From Octopus vulgaris (Eukaryota), in contig OX597827.1 of the NCBI GenBank assembly GCA_951406725.2, positions 12,400,001 through 12,464,000 of the forward strand: a DNA stretch of 64,000 bases, written 5' to 3'. Shown here piece after piece: positions 1-11,349 of the stretch. The notes below the pieces were generated by a model, which worked only from the letters and a program-made list of their open reading frames with translations, was not told the DNA's origin and did no database searches. The translations under genes were made by a program, and so were the position numbers. Each line of letters starts with the position of its first letter. Within the stretch, counting starts at the first letter, position 1.

Positions 1-202
1 AACGTATGCCCAACACATTCATACAGCTTTGCACATAAACACAAATATTCTTACACATTAAAAAACCATTATAATAAAAACATACACGACCACATACAAA
101 CACGTATGCCCTCTTACTCAAAAACCTTTATAGGCAGACGCATACCTGCATACATTGATACTCACACGCACATATCTCACTCAGACAAGCACGTTAAACA
201 CT

Positions 203-523
203 TACTCTTTTACTCTTTTACTTGTTACAGTCATTTGACTGCGGCCATGCTGGAGCACCGCCTTTAATCGAGCAACTCGACCCCGGGACTTATTCTTTTG
301 TAAGCCCAGTACTTATTCTATCGGTCTCTTTTGCCGAACCGCTAAGTGACGGGGAAATAAACACACCAGCATCGGTTGTCAAGCAATGCTAGGGGGACAA
401 ACACAAACATACAAACACACAAACATATACACACACATACATATATATATATATATACATATATACGACGGGCTTCTTTCAGTTTCCGTCTATCAAATCC
501 ACTCACAAGACTTTGGCCGGCCC
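203..523 (-). mobile_element. SINE family A copy lacking the tRNA head
   Basis: Reverse complement of the family A body and (TAAAAGAG)n tail, with the internal (TA)/(CA) microsatellite. Confidence 0.85.
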
Positions 524-567
524 AAGTTTTTAGCACACAACAACATACACGCTTCAAACGATGTATA

Positions 568-1257
568 ACAATTTGGTACTACTTCAGAACAATGGTCCCG
601 GTGTGCGCACTCGCGTATTCGCGCATCTGCGCTATGTAGTCGTGACTGGTCGATCCTACAACGACTACCTAGCAAAGTTAAAAAAAACACAAAATAAATA
701 ATTTTTTTACAGTGGCTGTGTGGTAAGTAGCTTGCTTACCAACCACATGGTTCCGGGTTCAGTCCCACTGCGTGGCATCTTGGGCAAGTGTCTTCTACTA
801 TAGCCCGGGCTGACCAATGCCTTGTGAGTGGATTTGGTAGACGGAAACTGAAAGAAACCTGTCGTATATATGTATATATATATATATGTGTGTGTGTGTA
901 TGTGTTTGTCCCCCTAGCATTGCTTGACAACCGATGATGGTGTGTTTACGTCCCCGTCACTTTGCAGATCGGCAAAAAGAGACCGATAGAATAAGTACTG
1001 GGCTTACAAAGAATAAGTCCTGGGGTCGATTTGCTCGACTAAAGGCGGTGCTCCAGCATGGCCGCAGTCAAAATGACTGAAACAAGTAAAAGAGTAAAGA
1101 GAGAGTAAAGGTAAATAATTTTTTGTTAAACAAAGTAAATAAAACACAAAAACACAAAGTAAGGATCGACTAGTCACGACTAACTGGCGCGGATGCGCGA
1201 CTACGTGACTGCGCGCACCGGGACCGCTGTTCTCAAGTAGTAAGTACCTAACAATTT
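568..1257. repeat. CpG-rich ~90-bp imperfect inverted repeat pair (568-658 and 1162-1257) enclosing a SINE; possible MITE arms
   Basis: tacttcagaacaatggtcccggtgtgcgc...gtcgtgactggtcgatcct matches the reverse complement of aggatcgactagtcacgac...gcgcgcaccgggaccgctgttctcaagta. Confidence 0.7.
711..1110 (+). mobile_element. SINE family A (tRNA-derived head, CORE-like CTTGGGCAAGT, internal microsatellite, TAAAAGAG tail)
   Basis: A-box TGGCTGTGTGG, B-box GGTTCAGTCCC; more than 20 related full or partial copies in the window. Confidence 0.9.
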
Positions 1258-2160
1258 TTGTCATGTTTCTCTTCCGCAGTTGTACAAAATAAAAGCTCAT
1301 ATCTCGGATGTTACGAGAGAAAATGATCACGAAATAATTACTACAATCATGGATCAGATATAAAAACAATAACATTTTCGTTGAATTTTTTAATAAAGTT
1401 TCATCGTTTCGCTTCTTTTCAATTTTTATTTTAAAACGTTATGTTTTTCCAAAACTGATTATTTTAGACTAAATCTCACGGCTTTAACACACGCATAGCA
1501 GTGAAGATAACAAGAGTTACCTCCCCGGTATTTTCTCGAATCAGAATCTACTTTCACTATTCAACGCACTTGCCTTGCTTTTATTGATTGGGGGTTTTCT
1601 CTATGCTGCCAAATAGCAGTCGCCTGTTTGTGCAGCTAAGAACAGCATAAGGGAGTAACTGTTTCACTGGTTCCAGTCATTGCTCTGCAGCTGTGCCATG
1701 GTGTTGCCTTAAGTAAGGTTTTAGTTAGTCATATCGACCCCGAATTCTTATTTATTTCAATCGATGACATGAGATGAAATGCCAAGGTGATACTGGGTTA
1801 AAGGGAAATAACTCCGTCGAAATATTGCAGATATCTGTTCGGAAGAACGGATTTCGATAGTGTGTAGGCGCTACACTCGTTTCCTTCCTTCTTTCCTTCC
1901 TTCATTCCATCCATCCATCCATCCATCCATACATCCATACATACATAATACATATTTGAGTAGTTGAATGAATTATCTTATTAAGGATAATTCGAATTAA
2001 CCGATACCTGTGTAGCAAATTCACATCAGAAAAAATACGGTTGACGTTACGTGCCTAGGGCATAGATTACGTGCTTTCGTGTGGAAATTTGTAAGTTTAT
2101 TTTAAAAATATAAATATATGAAAGAATGGAGCTGAACGACGAATTAACAAAATTCCTTTA

Positions 2161-2243
2161 TTTTCGACATATGTTTCAAAGGCTGCATATTCCTAATTGC
2201 GAAGGAATAAGGAGTACATTATGCCGCTTTCTCATCAGGAAAA
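2161..2243 (-). ncRNA. Type I hammerhead ribozyme with intact core
   Basis: Minus strand reads TTTTC-CTGATGA-[GAAAGCGGCATA...TATGCAGCCTTT]-GAAA-C-ATAT-G-TC^GAAAA: stem I TTTTC/GAAAA, palindromic stem III ACATATGT, GUC triplet. Confidence 0.75.
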
Positions 2244-2388
2244 GCAAGGAACATCAAAATGCACAAAAAGCTTTTAGATGATAATACATACATACATACA
2301 TACATACATACATACATACATACATACATACATACATACATACATACATACAAACAAACAAACAAATACAGATCTAAGTCTTCACTGG

Positions 2389-2729
2389 AATAAAAACACA
2401 CGCACTATATATTTGGTGTTGCTTTGCGTCTGCGTTATTTATTACATTAATCTTAATCTTATTTCAGCCAGAGTTCTTTCGTCACACTCCTGTGACCGCA
2501 TCAGTGGTCCTTTGCTTTCTTCTTTCTTATTTGTGTGTCTCTCCTTACTAACGGTCAGCCATTTTGTAGTTTGTATTTCTATTGTATGTGTCTTCATTTG
2601 CGCATGCGTATACCTCTATGTGTGTCTATGTTTAGTTAGTGTGTGTGTGTGGGGAGTGCCGGTAATATTTGTATCTCCTGTTTATATACGTTCGTGTAAC
2701 ACCAAATATATAGTGCGTGTGTTTTTATT
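2389..2729 (-). mobile_element. Short element bounded by a perfect 32-bp inverted repeat, with a hammerhead-like motif at 2468-2507; PLE pLTR-like
   Basis: IR 2389-2420 / 2698-2729; minus strand CCA-CTGATGC-GGTCAC AGGAGT GTGAC-GAAA-GAACTC-TGG (core A9 replaced by C). Confidence 0.55.
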
Positions 2730-3076
2730 GGCTAAACTGGCAAAATGACCATTCCTAAACACAACAATAGATGTTTCAACACACGATTTCACATCAAAAA
2801 TCTTGCAAAACAAATCTATTTTATTAGTTACAGTGAAAATAAATTAACTAGTAAAGAAAACGTTGAAGCATTTGTGAGTGAAAGAGACAGTTCTGGAGTA
2901 AATTAATGAAACTAAATGCATATAGGGTTGCAACATGGTTAAGTAATAAAGATGTTCCCTTCACACCTGTATAGTTCAAGGTTTGTTTGCATTGTGTGGC
3001 CTCTTGGACAATTGTCGTCTACATTAGACTTGGATAAGAGCAAAACTTATCAGAGAAATTTCGTAGATGGAAACTT

Positions 3077-3377
3077 TCTCTCTTTTACTTGTTTCAGTCA
3101 TTTTGACTGCGGCCATGCTGGAGCACCGCCTTTAGTCGAGCAAATCGACCCCGGGACTTATTCTTTGTAAGCTCAGTACTTATTCTATCGGTCTCTTTTG
3201 CCGAACCGCTAAGTGACGGGGACGTAAACACACCAGCATCGGTTGTCACGCAATGCTAGAGGGACAGACACACAAACACACACATACATATCTATATATA
3301 AAACTGTAGTTTTAGTGTCTGTCCCTTCATTGATTCTAACTACTCCCACATTTTGCGGCAGTTTAACCAAATTCGGG

Positions 3378-3409
<32 letters not shown>

Positions 3410-3582
3410 CATATATACGACAGGCTTCTTTCAGTTTCCGTCTACCAAATCCACTCACAAGGCATTGGTCAGCCCAAGGCTATAGCAGAAGACACTTGCC
3501 CAAGATGTGCCACGCAGTGGGACTGAACCCGGAACCATGTGGTTGGTTAGCAAGCTACTTACGACACAGCCACTCCTGCGCC
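3077..3582 (-). mobile_element. Full SINE family A with a Helitron 5' fragment (about 3291-3379) inside its microsatellite
   Basis: Full head and tail; tctatatataaaact...ctaactactcccacattttgcggcagtttaacc matches the 5' part of Helitron family 1. Confidence 0.85.
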
Positions 3583-3639
3583 TATCTTTGTGGAAGCTTA
3601 TCAAAAAGAAGCTATCTTGTTTCAAGACGAGTAGTTTTA

Positions 3640-3852
3640 ACATTCGTTTCAAATCTTGGACCAAGGCTAACAATTTTGGGGGAATGGGGTTAAGTTGATA
3701 ACATCAACCCCAGTGCTCAACTGGTGCCTATTTTATTGACCACGAAAGGATAAAAGGTTAAGTCAACCTTGGTAGAATTTGAACTCAGAATGAAAAGACA
3801 GACGAAATGGTCATAAGTAGTTTGCCCAGCTCTCTAACGATTCTGCCAGCTC
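3640..3852 (-). mobile_element. SINE family B, diverged
   Basis: Diverged match to the gaccccgaaaggatgaaagg...gaatttgaactcagaa...ctgccagctc motifs of family B. Confidence 0.75.
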
Positions 3853-4214
3853 CAGTAGTTTCAATACTGCCATGCCTAACACTCCTGCCAGGACCTTGTT
3901 TATCTGTAGCAAAATGCATTCTGTTTAAAGAATTTGAACCAGACCTCTGTCCTGAGTATATCATGGCCCTCTAAAGAAAATTGGTCGTGGGTACCCCATC
4001 ATCTCTTCTTCTACTACACAAATATCATTTTTCAATGTCTAAAATTAAGTACAGTTAATATAATTGTGATGTTTTCAAGCTAGTTCCTAGTTTACAGTTC
4101 GAAAGCAGTCCAATGATATTTAGGCAACTAAAAATGAAAGATCTGGTGGTCATTCTTTTAAAATTGGCGCACACAGCCATCCTTATTTATTTATTTATTT
4201 ATTTTATGTAGATA

Positions 4215-4622
4215 GGCGCGGGAGTGGCTGTGTGGTAAGTAGCTTGCTTACCAACCGCATGGTTCTGGGTTCAGTCCCACTGCGTGGCACCTTGGGCAAG
4301 TGTCTTCTACTATAGCCTCGGGCCGACCAAAGCCTTGTGAGTGGATTTGGTAGACGGAAACTGAAAGAAACCCATCGTATATATGTATATATATATAAGC
4401 ATGTGTGTATATGTTTGTGTGTCTGTGTTTGTCCCCCTAGCATTGCTTGACAACCGATGCTGGTGTGTTTACGTCCCCGTCACTTAGCGGTTCGACAAAA
4501 GAGACTGATAGAATAAGTACTAGGCTTACAAAGAAAAAGTCCCGAGGTCGATTTGTTCGACTAAAGGTGGTGCTCCAGCATGGCCGCAATCAAATGACTG
4601 AAACAAATAAAAAATAAAAAAG
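4215..4622 (+). mobile_element. Full SINE family A
   Basis: GGCGCGGGAGTGGCTGTGTGG head through GACTGAAACAAATAAAA tail. Confidence 0.9.
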
Positions 4623-4911
4623 ATAGGTATTGTCAATTAAATTAATTCATCATTTGACTGGTATTGCATTCCATCCACTCCAGAAGGATAAAAGGCAAAG
4701 TTGACCTCGGAAAGATACGAACTCAGAATGTAAAATATCGCAAGTAAATACCACCAAGTATTTTGTCCGACAACTTTGTCCAGTATTTTAGTGATTCTAC
4801 TTCGGATGTAAATTATGACATTTAACGTCAAACGTAGGCAAAGGGCCTTAAATTCTGTGTTGCCGAAAACAAATTAAATCGGCACTAATACTTAACTAGT
4901 ACTTAATTATA

Positions 4912-5308
4912 TCTTTATATATAAAAGAGAAGTTGTGTGTCTGTCTCCTACGATTTAGATTCCTAACTACTCCCACATTTTGCAGTGCAGTTTAACCAAA
5001 ACCGGGTATCTTATAGTCGTGATTCATATCGAGCCCTTCTGGGTATTAGCGCGTGTCTACGATGAGTCTACGATTTAAAAAAAAATTTACCATCATTTTT
5101 TTTCCATTTTAATGCATTTTTTCGCTATTATATAAGGGAAGTAACTCTCTAAAAATGTCTACGATGAGTCAACGATTTAAAAAAAAATTTACCATCATTT
5201 TTTTTCCATTTTTAATGCAGTTTTTTGCTATTTTTTTACTATAACTCTAAAAATGCTTATATAGTTATTTCCCTTACAAACCCGAGCAACGCCGGGCGAT
5301 ACTGCTAG
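4912..5308 (+). mobile_element. Non-autonomous Helitron, family 1
   Basis: A|TC 5' end, CTAG|T 3' end, subterminal hairpin CCCGAGCAACGCCGGG, no TSD; two internal ~105-bp repeats. Confidence 0.85.
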
Positions 5309-5535
5309 TCAACTCATAAATGACGAAAGGTAAAGTTGAACTCTGAACGTAAAACGCTGTGACAAGTGAGAAGTGACAAATGACGGTTTGTCAAACGTTC
5401 CTCGTATTCCGTCAAACTATCGCGATTATCTCCCTTACACTTGTCCGCATCTGCTCTGCAGAGTCAATTCTTTCACCACCTTAAATAATTGTTCTCTTAA
5501 AGAACGTAATTTTTGTGTTCGTGAATATATGGATG

Positions 5536-5654
5536 GGATCTTTTTCGGTTTGAACGGCAGTTTTTAACATAATTTCTAGGTGACTAAAAAATTTAAAACT
5601 TCGTATACTGGTAGAATGTGTTTATAAAACATCTTTTTCTCTTGGCTTTATTGA
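5536..5654 (+). mobile_element. Truncated left end of the GGATC-TIR MITE
   Basis: Near-identical to 6165-6283. Confidence 0.75.
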
Positions 5655-6153
5655 AACAAGGGGGAAAGAACAGCAAAACTCTGCTGCAACAGCAGAAAAG
5701 AAGTGGTCTCGACGACCAAAACAGCAAATTTTCGCAATTTTAAGCACTAAAACAATCTTTCACTGCGGAGCAAAGAATAACGCGACCGAGAAGAGATAGA
5801 GGGGAGAAGAGAGAGAGAGGGGGAGGGGAGAACAAGAAAGGGAAGTGAGAGAGAGAGAAAGAGTCGGTGTTTTGAACGCGTGCGCGTACGTGTGTGTGTG
5901 TGTTAGGATAAAAGACACACACGCATACGAAGTAAAGAGTTATCTCCACTTGGACCACATGCCGGGGTTTCCCCCCCCCCCGTCTTCTTTCTTTTGTCTA
6001 CGTAAACTATATTGATTATAGAATATATGCGAAGGCGGCAAGCTAGCAGAATCGTTAGCACACCAGGCAAGATGCTTAGCGGCTTCCCGTCCGTCTTTAT
6101 CCTATGAATTTAAATTACGCCAAGGTCGACTTAGCCTTTCATTTTTTCAAGGT
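5654..6153. repeat. ~500-bp local direct duplication of 7616-8125
   Basis: Shared aaacaagggg...cagcagaaaagaag...ggaccacatgccgggg...SINE B head. Confidence 0.85.
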
Positions 6154-6164
6154 GTGTAATCGAC

Positions 6165-6579
6165 GGATCTTTTCGGTTTGACCGGCAGTTTTCTAAAATA
6201 ATTTCCCCATAACTAAACACTTTTAAACTTCGTATACTGGTAGAATGTGTTTATAAAACATCTTTTTCTCTTGGCTTTATTGAGAAAATTCTATAGTTTG
6301 TAAGATATTTGTTTTATTTTTTTTTCCTTCAATATCTGCAATTTCAACCAATCAATGACGCCTATTGAGGTGAAAACATTATGTGCCGTATGAATATGTC
6401 CCTCGTTTAAGAAACAGATTGGGTCTATTTACATTTCTGAAGAAAAAAAATGATACCCTTCCCCACCCCTAAGCCTAAAACAGATTGAAATGCAATAGAT
6501 CGATACTAGGGTCGTAATTATGGGTGACAATTTCGTATGACACCGTTAGAAAAAACTGCCGTTCAAACCGAAAAGATCC
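6165..6579. mobile_element. MITE / non-autonomous TIR DNA transposon
   Basis: ~33-bp TIRs GGATCTTTTCGGTTTGACCGGCAGTTTTCTAA / TTAGAAAAAACTGCCGTTCAAACCGAAAAGATCC; no clear TSD. Confidence 0.8.
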
Positions 6580-6582
6580 CCG

Positions 6583-6888
6583 AAGCGACTACTCCTCGTT
6601 ATGTAGCTTGTTTGTTGCCATATCGGCCTCAAGCATTTTTCTATCGCTTCCCTCGGCACGAAGTCAATTTTTTACATTATATGTTTTATATATCACAGTT
6701 TTTCTCTCCGTCGTGTAAATTAATTCACTGGGAGGGAGCAACTTCACATTATCACCTTCTTTTTTTAGTAAACCTTGGTATTTCTTTAATTCTTCTTTGT
6801 TAATGACTATGTTTTCACAGGGGCGAGTTGCTGCACTCGCAAAATTTATTTTTGTCTTTTCCTCTTGTGTAGTAGCCTCGCTAGACAT
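6583..6888 (-). pseudogene. Probable N-terminus of a LINE ORF1 (gag-like, possibly Tx1/L1 type), frameshifted near 6667 and cut by the MITE
   Basis: MSSEATTQEEKTKINFASAATRP...ERKTVIYKTYNVK, then shifted frame KIDFVPREAIEKCLRPIWQQTSYITRSSRFG; non-repetitive and protein-like; family assignment is from recall, not a search. Confidence 0.45.
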
Positions 6889-6920
6889 CTTGTCGTCTGC
6901 TTTTGTAACGCGCGCGAGAT

Positions 6921-7536
6921 GCCTCTTTACTTTTACCTTCCTCCTCCCTCATATTCGCCTCTATACCTTTACCTTCATCCTCTCACGTATTCGCCTCTAT
7001 ACTTTTACCTTCCTCCTCCCTCATATTCGCCTCTATACTTTCACCTTCCTCCTCCCACGTATTCGCCTCTATACTTTTACCTTCCTCCTCCCTCATATTC
7101 GCCTCTATACTTTTACCTTCCTCCTCCCACGTATTCGCCTCTATACTTTTACCTTCCTCCTCCCTCATATTCGCCTCTATACTTTTACCTTCCTCCTCCC
7201 ACGTATTCGCCTCTATACTTTTACCTTCCTCCTCCCTCATATTCGCCTCTATACTTTCACCTTCCTCCTCCCACGTATTCGCCTCTATACTTTTACCTTC
7301 CTCCTCCCTCATATTCGCCTCTATACTTTTACCTTCCTCCTCCCACGTATTCGCCTCTATACTTTTACCTTCCTCCTCCCTCATATTCGCCTCTATACTT
7401 TTACCTTCCTCCTCCCTCATATTCGCCTCTATACTTTTACCTTCCTCCTCCCTCATATTCGCCTCTATACTTTTACCTTCCTCCTCCCTCATATTCGCCT
7501 CTATACTTTTACCTTCCTCCTCCCACATATTCGCCT
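6921..7536. repeat. 36-bp minisatellite, ~17 copies
   Basis: Unit CTATACTTTTACCTTCCTCCTCCC(T/A)C(A/G)TATTCGCCT; gives a 12-aa periodicity in the ORF track. Confidence 0.95.
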
Positions 7537-8002
7537 TCAAACAAATTTTCAAAGTTTTCCACCGACTCGGAAGAAATTGGTGGAAAATGTATGCTTTTTT
7601 GCCGCTTCACCCTTGAAACAAGGGGTGAAGGAACAGCAAAACTGCTGCAACAGCAGAAAAGAAGTTGTCTCGACGACCAAAACAGCAAATTTTCACAATT
7701 TTCAGTACAAAAACAATCTTTCACTGCGGAGCAAAGAATAATACGACCGATGAGGGAGAGAGAGAAGGAGAACAAGAGAGGGAAGTGAGAGTGAGATGGC
7801 GAGTGAAGAAGGGAGAATAGGAAAGTGAAGAGAGAGAGAGAGAGTCGGTGTTTTGAACGCGTACGTGTGTGTGTGTTAGGATAAAAGACACACACGCATA
7901 CGAAGTAAAGAGTTATCTCCACTTGGACCACATGCCGGGGTTTCCCCCTCCCCGTCTTCTTTCTTTTGTCTACGTAAACTATATTGATTATAGAATATAT
8001 GC

Positions 8003-8218
8003 GAAGGCGGCAAGCTAGCAGAATCGTTAGCACACCAGGCAAAATGCTTAGCGACTTCGCGTCCGTCTTTATCTTATGAGTTCAAATTCCGCCAAGGTCG
8101 ATTTAGCCTTTCATTTTTTCAAGGTCAATAAAACAAATACCAGTTGAATACTGGGGATTATGTAATCGACTTACCCCCTCCCCAGAGTTGCTGACCCTGG
8201 ACCAAAATTTGATACCAA
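8003..8218 (+). mobile_element. SINE family B with tail type 2 (...CCAAAATTTGATACC)
   Basis: GAAGGCGGCAAGCTAGCAGAATCGTTAGC head, GAGTTCAAATTCC B-box, GCCTTTCAT core. Confidence 0.8.
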
Positions 8219-8944
8219 TATATAAATATAGGATGAAATGGAAAATTTAAATGGGAAATGGATTAAAATATTATATCAAAACCTCAAGTTAGTCCTTGAT
8301 AAAATTGGTTAATGTTTTTTTTATTCTTTTACTGGTTTCAGTCATGTGACTGCGGCCATGCTGGAGCACCACCTAATGGCAGTAAAATTATCACACAATT
8401 GTCAAAGCTATTGAAAGGAACTATATCCATCATCCTTAAGAAATATTCTTTGAAATATTATCAAACTGTAAGGCACCATAACTTCACTATTCCTTTCTAT
8501 ATCACAACAATGTTATCATCTGATGTCAACGGAGAACCTTTCACAGTCAAGTATGTTGTCCACCTGTATGTGTGTAGATACATATGTATGTATTTATACA
8601 CATACACACACACACACATGCATGCATGTATGTATGTCGACAACTGTGGCTCATCAACACACGCACATGCATATATGTGTTTACACACACACACACGCAA
8701 ACACACACACATGCATGTATGTATGTATGTATTTACACACACACACACACATATGTATGTATGTATGCATCTATATAAAAACACACACATGCATATATGT
8801 ATTTATCTACACACACACACACACATCCATGTATGTAGACACCTGTGGCTCATCAGTTTTATTTGAGAGATACCATCACATGTCCATATGCGACACAGCT
8901 CATAATCAAGGCTGACAACTGATTCCTGCACAGAAGTTATATGT

Positions 8945-9095
8945 TCAAGTGGCTAGCGTTTGGCTCGTGTTCATAAGATTGTAGGTTCAATTCCAGGATG
9001 GGGTGGTGCGTTGCATCCACAAGCAAGACACTTCCTATCATATTGCTCCAATACATTCAACTGAAATGAGTACTGGCTGGGTGCTGGTGCTACCC
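8945..9095 (+). mobile_element. Diverged SINE family D head
   Basis: ggttcaattcc B-box and gcaagacactt...ttgctcca...ctgaaatgagta. Confidence 0.5.
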
Positions 9096-9175
9096 TCCTT
9101 CTTCAGCTGTTTTGCTAGGACAGGGGTCTGACAAAGGAGAGCCAAATGAGTGATTACATCTGCCTGTGATTATAC

Positions 9176-9412
9176 CTATTTCTTTACTACCCACAAGGGG
9201 CTAAACATAGAGGGGACAAACAAGGACAGACAAAGGGATTAAGTCGATTACATCAACCCCAGTGCGTAACTGGTACTTAATTTATCGACCCCGAAAGGAT
9301 GAAAGGTAAAGTCAACCTCAGCGGAATTTGAACTCACAACGTAACGGCAGACGAAATACCTGCTAAGCATTTCGCCCGGCATGCTAACGTTTCTGCCAGC
9401 TCGCTGCCTTCG
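9176..9412 (-). mobile_element. Full SINE family B (tail type 1) with 17-bp TSD
   Basis: TSD TCTGCCTGTGATTATAC at 9159-9175 and 9413-9429; core CCTTTCATCCTTTCGGGGTCGATAAATTAAGTACCAG resembles the MetaSINE domain (from recall). Confidence 0.9.
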
Positions 9413-9544
9413 TCTGCCTGTGATTATACAGGGACCTAAAACAATAAGCAAAAACATGGTATATTCCCACATACAAATAATGGCTAACTGTACCTTATCT
9501 AAATACTGTAAGGTAAACTACTAAAGTCTTTGTCTTTTTTATTA

Positions 9545-10456
9545 TTTTTTCAGCCATTGCTTCAGGCATTGAACTGCAACCATGCTGGAGCACCACCTTG
9601 AATGATGTAGGTTAACAAACTGACCCTAATACTTATTCTTTTTGGGTTTTTTTTTAGTTTGATGCTTATTTTTTTCACCTGAACTGGATGAAAGTCATAG
9701 GGATATACAGAAACCAACAACAATTGTCAAGTGATTGTGGGAGAGACAGACACAAAGACACACACACACATGCATGTATGCATATATCTACATGCACACA
9801 CACATGCATGTATGTATGAATCTATACACACATGTATGTATGTATACACACACACACACACACACACACACATGCATGTATGTATGTATCTATACACATG
9901 CATGTATGTATGCATCTACACACACACACACATGCATGTATGTGTGTATCTATACACACACACATGCACATGCATGTATGTATACATCTATATACACACA
10001 CACAGACATACATGTATGTATGTATCTATACACACACACACACATGCATGTATGTATGCATCTATACACACACACACATATACATGTATGTATGTATCTA
10101 TACACACACACATGCACATGCATGTATGTATACATCTATATACACACACACACACACACACACACATACATGTATGTATCTATCCACACACACACACATA
10201 CACACAAACATGCATGTATGTATGTATCTATACACACACTCATAAACACACACACACATATACACACACTCATACAGGCATACATGCACTCACATATATA
10301 TGGCAGGCTTCCACACAGACTCTGTCTATTAAATTCACTCATGAGGCTGTAGCAGTAGAAGACACCTGCTCAAGGTGCCTTGCTGCAGAACTGAACCCAA
10401 ACCTATGTAGTTGCAAAGCAAACTTCTTGACCACACAGCCATACCTGCCTGCACCT
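9545..10456 (-). mobile_element. Old SINE family A whose internal microsatellite expanded to ~540 bp (9760-10300)
   Basis: Tail motifs at 9545-9760 and head motifs at 10300-10456 flank compound (CA)n/(TGTA)n/CATG repeats. Confidence 0.7.
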
Positions 10457-10738
10457 TTACAGGCATTTCACGAAATGAGTTCAAATTCTGTTGTGGTCAG
10501 CTTTGCCCTTCACCTCTGAAGTTGCTAGAGTAAAGTGCCAATCAAATATGGGGTTGGTGTAATTCGCTATATGCCTTGCACAAATTTTAACAGAATGAGA
10601 TGATTGGACATCAATGGTTTAGCACGGCTAACTGGACATTCAGCCTGCTTTGGTGACAATATGTTTTGGCACTAGAAGCAAACACACACGCGCACACATG
10701 CTTGCATGCACATGCATACACACACACACACATACACA

Positions 10739-11190
10739 GGTGCAGGCGTGGCTCTGTGGTAAGAAGCTTGACTTCACAGTCACAGATTTCTGGGTTCAGT
10801 CCCACTACATGGCACTTTGGGCAAGTGTCTTCTACTACAGCTTTAGGCTGACCAAAACCGTGCAAATGGAATTGGCAGATGGAAAGTCCATTGTGTGTGT
10901 GTGTGTGTGCGTGTATCCGTGTGTGGGTATGCTTGCGTGTATGTATGTATGTGAATTCGTGTCTGTGCTTGTCATTCACCACCACCACCACCACCACCAC
11001 CACTTGACAGCCAGTGCTGATATACTTACATCCCTCGTAACTTAGCAGTTCAGAAAAAGAGACTGATAGAATAAGTACCACACTTAAAGAAAATAAGTAC
11101 TATGCTCAATACATTCAACCAAAATTCTTCGAAGTCAGTGCTCCAGCATGGCTGCAGTCTAATGACTGAAACTAGTAAAAGATAAAAAAA
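10739..11190 (+). mobile_element. Older SINE family A
   Basis: GGTGCAGGCGTGGCTCTGTGG head; GCTCCAGCATGGCTGCAGTC tail. Confidence 0.85.
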
Positions 11191-11349
11191 GGAAAGATGT
11201 AGATAGAGTAAGAGGGAAAAAAGACTTTTCAATTTATTAAGTGAACATGGTTCATATAAACACTGTCCCTCTCCTCAGATGCATATAGTGAAATATAATC
11301 ACACACATAAACAGAGTGACAGAGGGGGAAGGGAGAGAATGGGAGAAAC

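Noticed and set aside
6797-7788. 314-aa and 307-aa ORFs (extensin-like LPPPSYSPLYFY repeats)
   Set aside because: Translation of a 36-bp minisatellite that is open in several frames on both strands
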